Positions 54,958-63,568 are shown, numbered from the stretch's first letter. The stretch is 64,000 nucleotides of DNA from an uncultured Desulfobacterales bacterium (GCA_964505535.1 CAZDIU010000002.1:3303-67302); one strand, 5' to 3'. Notes: generated by a model from the letters alone, not told the origin. Translations and numbers: made by a program.

Positions 54958-55245
54958 GTGCCTCCTCTCTGTTTTTTATCCCCTCTGAATGAAAACCCCC
55001 TGCCGGAACCATTCCGACAGGGGGAAACAGAGGAGAAAACGGATGCTTGGCAACATCCGTTAAAGGCATAACTGCTTATGCCCTTAACGGATGCCCCGGT
55101 CAGGCTCCTTCTGACCGGGGAAATATTACAGGTAAATGAACACCACCACTAAACACCCCAATATGAACGTCAGCAGGGCTGCGGTGATGATCGGATTGGT
55201 TGCGATCTCTTTCTCAATGGTTTCGATGATTCCCAATTCTTCCTC

Positions 55246-56202
55246 CTACGCTGTTTTGTTGGTTCCGCTTTGCGCATGGAAGAGCGCAATGCTCTCCAGC
55301 ACATGGTTCATGTCCTTGATAATCTGCTTTGCCTGCGCTTCCAGCAGGGCAACTCCTCCTTCCTGTTTTTTGTTTTTGTTGATCATCTGCACAAATGCAA
55401 GGCAGGAACCGTTACTGAACGGACTGCCTGAAAATTCTGAATGCGCCTTTGTCCACAGGTCAAACACTTTCAAAGCGTCTTTGACCTTTACTGGCTGGGG
55501 CTGATTTGATTCCTGAACTTCAAGGCCGGGGATAACCTGCTTGGATTTCTGTTCCTTCAAGGCCGTGACTGCCGCCTTCATGTTCTTCACGCCTTTGCAC
55601 CGGCTGGCGTGTTTCCATGCCTGCTCCGGACAGTCGGGCAGGGTGTCCAGAATGAAAAAGGCCACTTCTTTGGGGCAGGTTCCGTCATTGACCGCTTTCT
55701 GAATATCCTCCGGCAGTTCACACAGCCGGATGGACTGTCTGACATAGGCGACTGCTTTTCCTGCCGCTGCCGCTGTCTTTTCCAGCGATGTTCCGTAATG
55801 GTTGATCTGTTTGTGCCATGATCTGGCCTGTTCCATCGGATGCAGATTTGACCGGGCATCGTTCTCTGCAATCTGCGCAAGATGGACTTCCTCATCTGTT
55901 GCATACGCTTTCAGAACGGCCTTGATTGTACCGTTTTTTCGCAGGGTTTCATTGTTCAGATGTGCCTGAAACCGGCACTCACCTGCAACAATCATCAGCC
56001 GGTCAGGTTTTGTAGGATGTTTCCGCACATGAATCGGATTATCCTGCCCCCGCTCCACAATGGAATTTCCAATGCCCATGATCTCGTCAATGGGCTTGGT
56101 CTTCCGGGGCTGATCCGGATCAACTTCCAACACTGCCAGAGGGCAGGTGAAAACCTGATCCACCACCAGTTCATTGATGTTGATTTCTGTTGTCATTGTC
56201 AT
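55246..56202 (-). CDS. parB: ParB/Srx-like nuclease-domain DNA-binding protein
   Basis: ATG at 56202 after AAGGAG. The N-terminal ParB box is DNPIHVRKHP...LMIVAGECRFQA (a GERR-type motif). Confidence 0.7.
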   Translation of the reverse strand: MTMTTEININELVVDQVFTCPLAVLEVDPDQPRKTKPIDEIMGIGNSIVERGQDNPIHVRKHPTKPDRLMIVAGECRFQAHLNNETLRKNGTIKAVLKAYATDEEVHLAQIAENDARSNLHPMEQARSWHKQINHYGTSLEKTAAAAGKAVAYVRQSIRLCELPEDIQKAVNDGTCPKEVAFFILDTLPDCPEQAWKHASRCKGVKNMKAAVTALKEQKSKQVIPGLEVQESNQPQPVKVKDALKVFDLWTKAHSEFSGSPFSNGSCLAFVQMINKNKKQEGGVALLEAQAKQIIKDMNHVLESIALFHAQSGTNKTA

Positions 56203-56412
56203 ACGCTTTCTCCTTTGTTTTCTGTTTTTGTTCATGCCAAAAACAAAAGGCATTCCCATTGCGGAAAATGCCCTTTGCTGCTGGTATGATGCCGGGGCCG
56301 GACTGCGCCCCGGTGATTTTTTTTATACCAGCTCCCACCCGTCCGGTGCAACGGTGTGGATAACCCGCACACCGCCTTTCCCGTCCGGGACTTCACGGGC
56401 AACACGGCAATC

Positions 56413-56443
56413 GTTACTGATGTCAAACTACATTATCAGTAAC
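56413..56443. promoter_or_regulatory. perfect 9-bp inverted repeat upstream of parB (operator or parS-like site)
   Basis: GTTACTGAT-N13-ATCAGTAAC, about 210 nt upstream of the parB start. Confidence 0.35.
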
Positions 56444-56523
56444 TATAGCAACTGGTTTTTTTGTCATGATTGTTTCCCCTTAAGATAAAAGTCGGGACTT
56501 ACGCATTGCTGCTGCCCAATTTC

Positions 56524-56880
56524 TCAGTTTACCAACCACCTATAGAGATCCATTAGTTCAAAATGGATCTCCATTCTAGACGTGTCGTAATGTCTAGAAA
56601 TGGCTATCCTCTCATCTTGTGGGTTAGTATAAAACCTGAAGCCCCAAGACTCTAACAGAATCTTGGAATCGTCTTTTGTTAAAGACGGACCCACGTCATA
56701 AGGATCGTGGGTATTGCAATTGCAATTTCCACCAAAAGGCCCCCCGCTATGGCAGCGAGGGAACACCTCTTGGAATGATCCTTTTCCGTCCTTCATAAGA
56801 ATTCTGTCATTCCGAGAATTCCTAGAAGGTCTTTCCCAAAATAGTGATGTGTTAACAACATCACATAAGGACATTTTCAT
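56524..56880 (-). CDS. hypothetical protein in AT-rich insert
   Basis: 118-aa ORF. Its base composition differs from the flanks. Confidence 0.45.
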   Translation of the reverse strand: MKMSLCDVVNTSLFWERPSRNSRNDRILMKDGKGSFQEVFPRCHSGGPFGGNCNCNTHDPYDVGPSLTKDDSKILLESWGFRFYTNPQDERIAISRHYDTSRMEIHFELMDLYRWLVN

Positions 56881-57086
56881 GAGTCATCTCCTTTATTTAC
56901 TAGTTAATATTATAATACAAGAATTTCTATATTTAAGCAGTCAATTTATAAATTTCCGCCGCAATAAAACCTCAACGACTATTGCTATTAATGCAAGTAG
57001 TTTATTTACGAAAATCAAAACGACTTAACTAGTTAAGTCGATGATATAGTCTAATCTATATAGCAATATATAGTAATTTATTTTGA

Positions 57087-57533
57087 ATCCTAAGCCTTAC
57101 ACTAAATAGTTTCCTAAAACAATATGGAAACGAAGAAATACAATTAGTATTTCCAAATAAAACTATTAAACTAACATTAAATGAAACACATTTCCTATGG
57201 TATTATATTTATACAAAAGATAAAAACATTACATGGAATATTTCAGATAATATTACTAATATCATAAGACAAGTTAATGCTGTATCATTAGATGAATTAG
57301 ATGATATTATTGATAAATATGATTCTATAGATAATATAGAAGATTTATATCAATTTTATTTATCACAACCCTCAAGCGGGGCAGGGTTTCACCTTCCTGA
57401 AACCCATACCACAGGTATGAACTTCAGGAAAGTGAAACTGTACAGGGGAACACAGGCTGCCGTCACACCTGTTCCTATCCTTTGCAGGACGCGGCAGTTT
57501 TTACGTGTCACTGTTTCCCCTGAAACAGTTTGA
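57087..57533 (+). pseudogene. ATG-less open frame (gene remnant) crossing an AT-rich/GC-normal junction
   Basis: 148 sense codons after a TGA with no ATG until codon ~111. The AT-rich part translates to protein-like ...LVFPNKTIKLTLNETHFLWYYIYTKDKNITWNISDN...DELDDIIDKYDSIDNIEDLYQFYLSQ. Confidence 0.3.
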
Positions 57534-58490
57534 ATAATATCGGACTGAAACACATACTGTCAGAATCTCATCCGAACAGGAACCCTTTTGCCCCGGCTAT
57601 ACGGCCAGGCAGTTGTCCTTCGCTTACTTTTCTCTCAGATTTTCCGGCATCCCATAAGTCCCATATTGCCCCGTCCGCAGTGAAAAACCTGCAAGAACGG
57701 CTCCCGTCTCTTCCCTGCATGTCCATTGCCCGTAAAGGCACAATGTCCCGGCCACCTCAGACACGTTTCCGTCCAGGGGCGTCCGCAGAGACACCGTTAT
57801 ATCTGAGAGATTTTCAGCTTCACTCCCGCCTGTCCCTTCGCACCTCAAGGCAGGGTTCCCAGATTCCGCCACTTGCGCACCAGGAGCAGGTATCACCTGA
57901 TGGTGGACGACCGGAACCGTTAAGCCGTCATGCCTGACAGCCTGATCCTCTGCACCCCACGATTCAAAAAGTGCAGAGTTTCTCCGTTTTGGTTACGATG
58001 GAGTTCGCAGGACGTTTTTTTACAGGCAATCCGACCGCCAACGGAAGCCAAACACCGGACTTGTACTCATCACTGCTGAATCCGTGATCCCGGAGCGAAC
58101 GGTTTCAGCATAGGCCAAAGAGTATGGGTTATGGGGATTTTGCGAATCAATCCCCGGTAAATACGCAGTCTGCTTTTTATCCGCCAGTTGACCGGACAGA
58201 CGGAACCCTGTTTTTGCGCACAGAGAACGATGCTTGGGAAACTCTGCCATGATGATTGATACTGCCAACGCATGGGAATCATGGAAACCATGCGCAGAGT
58301 GTTCCCTTTGGCTGCGGATTACATGCAGGGATTGCCGGAAATCCGCAAGGGAACGACCGGGAAAAACGGTATGCAGTTATCCATATTGATCAACGCGCAA
58401 CTGCTGATAGGTTGACCGGAATACCGTTTTTCCAAAACAGGGATTGAAAAACTCCCTTTTAAATCCCTGAACGTGTTCAGGAACTTAAAA
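57534..58490. other. ~1 kb ORF-free, hairpin-rich region (candidate large structured ncRNA or degraded gene)
   Basis: Only short P/S/R-rich ORFs in all six frames. There are many stems, including 57631-57640/57801-57810 (10 bp), 58300-58355 (7+8 bp) and 58363-58372/58421-58430 (10 bp). Confidence 0.3.
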
Positions 58491-58522
58491 GAAAGCCCGT
58501 CCTGATTCCAAGTCAGGACGGG
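58487..58522 (-). terminator. rho-independent terminator
   Basis: Perfect 10-bp stem CCCGTCCTGA/TCAGGACGGG. On the minus strand it is followed by CTTTCTTTT, just after the stop at 58530. Confidence 0.65.
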
Positions 58523-58529
58523 ATAAAGA

Positions 58530-58712
58530 CTATTCTGCAAACTTGGAAGCTACCTGATATGTTGTGGCAAGTCCCGCCGCCGTGCCTGTTGCTGTCAGTG
58601 CAACGGCTCCCAAGGAAGCTCCCACCAGTCCGGCAGGAAACATCAATCCCGCCGCAATCCCAGCCACAGAACCTATAAGGCATGTGGCTACAAATCCGAA
58701 AGATTTACCCAT
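58530..58712 (-). CDS. glycine-zipper small membrane protein
   Basis: ATG at 58712 after AAAGGA. 60 aa, GxxxG-rich: GSVAGIAAGLMFPAGLVGASLGAVALTATGTAAGLA. Confidence 0.5.
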   Translation of the reverse strand: MGKSFGFVATCLIGSVAGIAAGLMFPAGLVGASLGAVALTATGTAAGLATTYQVASKFAE

Positions 58713-58787
58713 TTTTTTAATCCTTTTATAATGGATTTTGCACAATTCTCACCAGTCCACTTGGGAATGCGGTATGACTTTTGCATT

Positions 58788-58837
58788 CCCCTCTTAATTA
58801 CTATGGAATCTCAATCGGAAAAGGTGAAGTAATTTTT
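58788..58837 (+). repeat. direct repeat copy 1 (stem-loop + T-run) upstream of RHH gene
   Basis: The core TTACTATGGAATCTCAATCGGAAAAGGTGAAGTAATTTTT is 38/40 identical to copy 2. It contains the arms AATTACT/AGTAATT. Confidence 0.6.
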
Positions 58838-58875
58838 CCGATTTTTTTAAACTTTTTTCCAAAGGATTGAAAATA

Positions 58876-59085
58876 ATGCCAAAAACTAAAAAAACCGACC
58901 AGCCGACCGGGAAAAACAGTATATATAAAAGATATACTATCACACTTCCCGAAAACATCAGACAAATAGCGGAAAAGATTGAGAAAAAGGAAAGACGGTC
59001 TTTTTCAAATCTTTTAGCAATCCTGATTGAAAAATATGCAATAGAATCAGGAGTTTCAAAAATTGTCAAAAATCCGCAAAAGTGA
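58876..59085 (+). CDS. ribbon-helix-helix (CopG/Arc-like) DNA-binding protein
   Basis: KRYTITLPENIRQIAEKIEKKERRSFSNLLAILIEKY fits a beta-strand plus two helices RHH pattern. Confidence 0.6.
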   Translation: MPKTKKTDQPTGKNSIYKRYTITLPENIRQIAEKIEKKERRSFSNLLAILIEKYAIESGVSKIVKNPQK

Positions 59086-59169
59086 CAGTTTGTAAATATC
59101 GGATATGTATTAAAAAAATATCCGATATGACAAAAATTGTCAAATCCTGTCAATTTCTTGTCTTTTTTC

Positions 59170-59218
59170 CCCCCTTACTTACTATGGAATCTCAACCGGA
59201 AAAAGTGAAGTAATTTTT
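59170..59218 (+). repeat. direct repeat copy 2, upstream of the sigma-like gene
   Basis: TTACTATGGAATCTCAACCGGAAAAAGTGAAGTAATTTTT, preceded by a C-run as in copy 1. Confidence 0.6.
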
Positions 59219-59358
59219 TAAAAAATTATAAGCTACTGTTTTTTATATCTTTATTTTTATTGATACATACTCAATACATATTTTGGCATATAAATTGCTT
59301 ATATATTTATAGGTGTTTTTATTTTTTTTAACCATAAAACAGATAAAGGAAAAAAAAC

Positions 59359-60777
59359 ATGAGAAAAATCAATGACTTGGCAAAAGATGTTATGGCAAAA
59401 AGAGGAATATCCAAAAAAAATCAGGATGTTGCGAACAAAACTTCGCATTCCCCTGAAAAAGTTGAAAAAACTGTTGACAAATGGGAAATCATTTATTTTT
59501 CTGTCATGAAAACAGCAGATTATGATGATTCCATGCCGGAAAATGCTGATTTTGTTCATAATTCCTTTGTGAAGTTTTATGAAAAATTCAAGGCTTCAGA
59601 TAAAGAAGCTGTTGATTTAATTAGACTTTTTAAGGCATTTCTGAAAAATGATTATCGTGATGAAAAAAAATCCATAGCGATAAGGAAAAAAACGATAATG
59701 TATGAGTCCGAAATTATTTCCATTTCTGAAGATGAGTCAAAAGAAATGGAAATATCTGATATAGGTGACAAGCCGCGAAAAAAACCAGAAGAAAATTTTC
59801 AGGCTTTATGTGTCAAATGCCTGAAAAAACTGCATAAACCTTTTCAAAGGAAAGTCTTCAAATCCATTTGGATTGAAGACAACACCATTGAAAAAACAGC
59901 GGAAAGTCTTAAGAAAACAGAACGTTACGTCAAGATGGTCAACGCGGAAATTTATGAAATCCTGAATTCTGAAAAATCTTTCGGAAGTTTGCAGGATAAG
60001 GCAGTTGAGAAAGCAAAGAAAAAGGAAAGAAATCAGGATATTTACACAGATTCTTTCGCTAATTCTTTATCAGATGATATGATTTCTGCTATATGCGAAA
60101 ATCCTGATATTATTCATGATCCTGAGTTCATGTCAGAAAATGAATATTTTGATCTCCGGAATGAACTCAGGAAAATAGCCCATGATAGATATTCAGATGG
60201 GCTTGAGGCATGGCATATCATTGGCGCGAAAAAAGGGGAATCATCTGATAAATATCCTGATCTTCTGGATTGGAAAGAAAAATTTCCTGAAAATATGGGA
60301 TTATGGAAGAGAATTCATTATTTGGCTGGGTCCGTCACCTATTATAATGATGAAGATATTCAGGAAAAACCTGAATTTAAAGAAAAAGTCTACAAAATAA
60401 AGGGAAATATCGCTTATCCGCGTTATATTCCTCTATATCGGAGATCGAAAACAAAAAAACCGCGATTTTACCGAATTACGGCAAAACTAGCGCACGATTT
60501 GCCGGATGGATATGGGTTTGATAGGTCAAAATGGTATTCGAAATCAGATGGGCTGCTTCAGAAAAATGAAATAAAAACAGATTATGTCATTCCTTATAAT
60601 ATGGAAAAAAGGATTTCTGCTTTTTATCAGCAAAATCAGAGAGTTATCAACGATACCGCTTGCAATGCTATAGAACGAGCGGAAATGAATCAAAGGTATC
60701 TTGACAGATATATATGCAGATATGCAGATGTTATTACTCTGCATAACAGACAGTTTGATGTCGTTTATGTTTCCTGA
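59359..60777 (+). CDS. AT-rich 472-aa protein with sigma70 region-4-like HTH
   Basis: LKKLHKPFQRKVFKSIWIEDNTIEKTAESLKKTERYVKMVNAEIYEIL matches the sigma r4/LuxR-type HTH layout. The C-terminal 270 aa are of unknown function. Confidence 0.45.
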   Translation: MRKINDLAKDVMAKRGISKKNQDVANKTSHSPEKVEKTVDKWEIIYFSVMKTADYDDSMPENADFVHNSFVKFYEKFKASDKEAVDLIRLFKAFLKNDYRDEKKSIAIRKKTIMYESEIISISEDESKEMEISDIGDKPRKKPEENFQALCVKCLKKLHKPFQRKVFKSIWIEDNTIEKTAESLKKTERYVKMVNAEIYEILNSEKSFGSLQDKAVEKAKKKERNQDIYTDSFANSLSDDMISAICENPDIIHDPEFMSENEYFDLRNELRKIAHDRYSDGLEAWHIIGAKKGESSDKYPDLLDWKEKFPENMGLWKRIHYLAGSVTYYNDEDIQEKPEFKEKVYKIKGNIAYPRYIPLYRRSKTKKPRFYRITAKLAHDLPDGYGFDRSKWYSKSDGLLQKNEIKTDYVIPYNMEKRISAFYQQNQRVINDTACNAIERAEMNQRYLDRYICRYADVITLHNRQFDVVYVS

Positions 60778-60800
60778 TTTATTCCGATTTCATTGATTTT

Positions 60801-60829
60801 ATTCCCTATCTGCTTAGCAGGTAGGGAAT
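60801..60829 (+). terminator. hairpin after the sigma-like gene (weak terminator)
   Basis: 12-bp stem ATTCCCTATCTG/CAGGTAGGGAAT, with one G-U pair that forms only on the plus-strand RNA. The T-run is poor. Confidence 0.35.
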
Positions 60830-60932
60830 TGTATGCGAACGAACAAGTCAACCTGCAGACCGTTATGTCTTTTTGTCCGGAACAAATCTACACGCGAAAG
60901 CGCGGAAAATAACGACAATTCCTTAACACTTT

Positions 60933-60961
60933 ATATGATATAAAGTGTTAAAAACCACCCC
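60933..60961. promoter_or_regulatory. perfect 13-bp inverted repeat (operator-like)
   Basis: TTAACACTTTATA-TGA-TATAAAGTGTTAA in the intergenic region upstream of 61168. Confidence 0.35.
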
Positions 60962-61167
60962 TGCTTACATCTTAAAGAGACCGGTCTTAAAAATATGACC
61001 GGCAGTATATCGCACAAAAAAATCCGGTCATGCGTTCATGTCCGGCAAAAAGCATTCAGAGTCAAAAAAGCAGTCCTTAAAAAAGTGTTGTCATTATGGG
61101 TCATTTTAAGTTATTCTTTGTAAGTATAAAAATTTTGCAAAAAGAAAACGGAAAGGAGCAGCAAAAA

Positions 61168-61773
61168 ATGGCGATAGAAAGAGCCTTCCTGACTACCAAT
61201 CGTATATGCAAGGGGACGGCATCCGGTGGTGAGATCCTGACATGGACCCCGATAAGGGACTGCATCGGGATGAACTGCAAGTTGTTTGAGAAGTGTGCTT
61301 ATACAAAAACGAAGCTCTCCGGCGGAACCTGCGGTGTGGAAAAAAAATATATAATGGGACTGTACCGTTCGCTTATGCCGGTGCTGGAGAATGCGGATTC
61401 CTACACGGTGCAGCAGGTGGGGATGATGCTGATGCCGATGTATCTGCAGTTATGCAGGTTTTACATTATTGAGGCTGGCATATCAGAGCCTTTCCCTGAA
61501 GATCTGAGGTCGGGGAAAACGTATGAGCATCCGGTATATTCCAGCATCCGGCTGACAATCGGAGCCATCACGTCTCTGCAGAGGTCGGAATTGAGATCGC
61601 TGTTCAAGAATGCCGGGCTGCTGACAATGGGTGGGATATTCCGGAAGGCTCTGGAGCCTGATCCTGCTGACATTGATGTTGAAGCGGAGGACACGCGCAA
61701 CGGCGATCCGGAATATTATAAGCAGTTGATGGAGGATTATGATTTTCCTGCGGAAGAGGATTCGGATGAGTGA
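61168..61773 (+). CDS. hypothetical protein with acidic C-terminus
   Basis: ATG after GGAAAGGAG. 201 aa. A lone plus-strand gene among minus-strand genes. Confidence 0.45.
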   Translation: MAIERAFLTTNRICKGTASGGEILTWTPIRDCIGMNCKLFEKCAYTKTKLSGGTCGVEKKYIMGLYRSLMPVLENADSYTVQQVGMMLMPMYLQLCRFYIIEAGISEPFPEDLRSGKTYEHPVYSSIRLTIGAITSLQRSELRSLFKNAGLLTMGGIFRKALEPDPADIDVEAEDTRNGDPEYYKQLMEDYDFPAEEDSDE

Positions 61774-62111
61774 AGTTTTCTGTGACAGTCTTCGCACAGG
61801 ACGGTGTAGTCCTGCGGAGTCTGAAGGACTCTGGTGCTGATGATGTCAACGATTCCGTCCCAGTCTATGCCGTGGGTGTGATGGACTTCGAGTTTCACTT
61901 CCTTTCCTTTTGCTGCGGTTCCTCTGATGCCGCAGTGGGAGCAGGTTCTGTTTGCGAGTTTCAGGGCTGTGTTCCGTTCTCTGGATCGCAGCCACAGTTG
62001 CCTGAGAGCGTTTTTAATCTGGCTCTTCGGTGTTTTGTTCGGGTTTTTCTTTGCCAAGTTTTTTTGCCACCTGTTTGAGGATGAGATAACCGATGAGGTC
62101 TTGTTCGTCAT
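61737..62111 (-). CDS. HNH endonuclease
   Basis: CSHCG...LEVHHTHGIDW...VLCEDCHRKLH. The start is uncertain because it overlaps the upstream gene. Confidence 0.55.
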   Translation of the reverse strand: MTNKTSSVISSSNRWQKNLAKKNPNKTPKSQIKNALRQLWLRSRERNTALKLANRTCSHCGIRGTAAKGKEVKLEVHHTHGIDWDGIVDIISTRVLQTPQDYTVLCEDCHRKLHSSESSSAGKS

Positions 62112-62547
62112 TGTCTCCGGGGTATTGGGTTCCCTGAAGCATCCGGTTGAGTTTGTCGTCGATTCTGACGTTGATCTGTTCCAGCGGGTCTGCTTTGGAG
62201 AATACCCGGATGGGGTTGAGAGCGGAATTGCCATAGGCTTTGTTTTTGCCAATGAGGAAATCAGCGATGCTGCTGCAGGTTTCCCGGATCAGCCTGTGGG
62301 TATCGCTCGTGTCCGGAGTCTCTCCGGCTCTGAGCTTTTCCTCAAAAGAAGGACAGGTTTTTCCGCTCAAAGCGCAGAGTTCACGGTATGTCTTCCATGC
62401 TTTTTCGTTTGCATTCCGATCCGTCTGTTTCTGATTCATCAGTGCAAACAGGCATGACCCGCAGTAGGGGTATGTCCGGTTATCCATTGTTACGCTGCCT
62501 GTGGCCTGATTTCCGCAACGAACGCATTTATCTGCCTGTGCTTCCAT
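62014..62547 (-). CDS. Zn-ribbon + all-alpha NTP-pyrophosphohydrolase (MazG/DUF1599)-like protein
   Basis: N-terminal CVRCGN...CGSC, then IADFLIGKNKAYGNSALNPIRVFSKADPLEQINVRIDDKLNRM. The family assignment is from memory and of low certainty. Confidence 0.4.
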   Translation of the reverse strand: MEAQADKCVRCGNQATGSVTMDNRTYPYCGSCLFALMNQKQTDRNANEKAWKTYRELCALSGKTCPSFEEKLRAGETPDTSDTHRLIRETCSSIADFLIGKNKAYGNSALNPIRVFSKADPLEQINVRIDDKLNRMLQGTQYPGDNDEQDLIGYLILKQVAKKLGKEKPEQNTEEPD

Positions 62548-63079
62548 GCCCCCCCTTTCTGCGTGTGTCTGAGAGCGTTTCAGACAGTTTAAATTCGGCA
62601 TCGCATTTTTTCCGGAACACCATCTGGGCCACGCGGTCTCCGACTTTGTAACTGATGATGGTGGGCCATGCAAAGTCTTCTGTTTTCCGGAAGTCGGCAA
62701 AGAGTTCGTCTCTGTAGTCTGTGTCGATGATGCCGACCGAATTTGCCAGTATGAGGTTGGTTTTGCTGATGGAGGATCTGGGGAAGATTTCAGCGAACCA
62801 TACCGGGGGGAGTTCCATGGCAAAGCCGAGCCAGTATCGGACGTAGGATGTGGAATATTCCTTCCGATATGCTGTGAGGTCATAGCCGATGGAGCCGGGT
62901 GTTGCCCGGAACGGCATTCTGAAGTTGTCTGCCAGGGGTCTGATTTTCACCAGACAGGTATTTCCGCAGGTCATCTTTCCGGGGAATGCTTCGTTGACTG
63001 TCCGGCAGATATCACATTTGGGCAGTGAGTCAGTGAGTGTGAAGCCGGTGGATGCCGGTTCTGTCATGTAAGTTTTCAT
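62528..63079 (-). CDS. dut: dUTP diphosphatase
   Basis: Motifs GSIGYDL, NSVGIIDTDYRDELF, GDRVAQMVF and RRKGGHGSTGR. Has an N-terminal Cys-containing extension. Confidence 0.75.
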   Translation of the reverse strand: MKTYMTEPASTGFTLTDSLPKCDICRTVNEAFPGKMTCGNTCLVKIRPLADNFRMPFRATPGSIGYDLTAYRKEYSTSYVRYWLGFAMELPPVWFAEIFPRSSISKTNLILANSVGIIDTDYRDELFADFRKTEDFAWPTIISYKVGDRVAQMVFRKKCDAEFKLSETLSDTRRKGGHGSTGR

Positions 63080-63089
63080 GGTTCTCCTT

Positions 63090-63551
63090 TCAGAAGGGTA
63101 TGTCCGTATCCGGTTCCTGTTTCACACCGGAATTGGTTTTCGGTGCGTTTTCGGTCTGAGGGCAGTCTTCCCTGTACTGCCGTTCTGCTCTGGCCTGTTT
63201 TTCTTCCTCTGATTCCTGTCCTTTTCCGCCGAGCATCTGCATTTCATGGATCTGGACTTTGGTGGCGTAGTGTTTCACCCCGTCTTTTTCCCATGATTCG
63301 GTTTTGAGTTTTCCCTCCACATAGACCTGTTTTCCTTTGGTGAGGTATTTGGCGCATATCTCGGCAAGCTTTCTCCATGCCATGATATTGTGCCATTCGG
63401 TGTTCTCTTTTTTCTCGCCGCTGTTTTTGTCAGTCCAGCTTTCCGAGGTTGCGATGCTGAAGGAAGTCACCGGTGTTCCGTCAGGCAGATACCTGATTTC
63501 CGGGTCTCTGCCGAGTCTTCCAACGAGGATGACTTTGTTGATTCCTGCCAT
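63090..63551 (-). CDS. ssb: single-stranded DNA-binding protein
   Basis: MAGINKVILVGRLGRDPEIRYLPDGTPVTSFSIATSE...TEWHNI..W.KLAE...YLTKGKQVYVEGKL and an acidic tail ending DIPF. Confidence 0.9.
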   Translation of the reverse strand: MAGINKVILVGRLGRDPEIRYLPDGTPVTSFSIATSESWTDKNSGEKKENTEWHNIMAWRKLAEICAKYLTKGKQVYVEGKLKTESWEKDGVKHYATKVQIHEMQMLGGKGQESEEEKQARAERQYREDCPQTENAPKTNSGVKQEPDTDIPF

Positions 63552-63568
63552 AGAGAGTTCCTTTCGGG

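Noticed and set aside
57530-57937. A 135-aa plus-strand ORF, plus the 57624-57896 and 58020-58291 minus-strand ORFs.
   Set aside because: Their compositions are Pro/Ser/Arg/Gly-rich with no RBS and they overlap one another. They are treated as chance frames in a non-coding (or decayed) region.
58794-59153. A 119-aa minus-strand ORF.
   Set aside because: It is antisense to the RHH gene and spans the direct repeats. The hydrophobic, low-complexity translation comes from AT-rich sequence.
61168-61773. A small terminase subunit call for the lone plus-strand 201-aa gene.
   Set aside because: This was only a positional guess. The gene has no recognisable HTH or oligomerisation motif and lies far from terL, so it is left as hypothetical.
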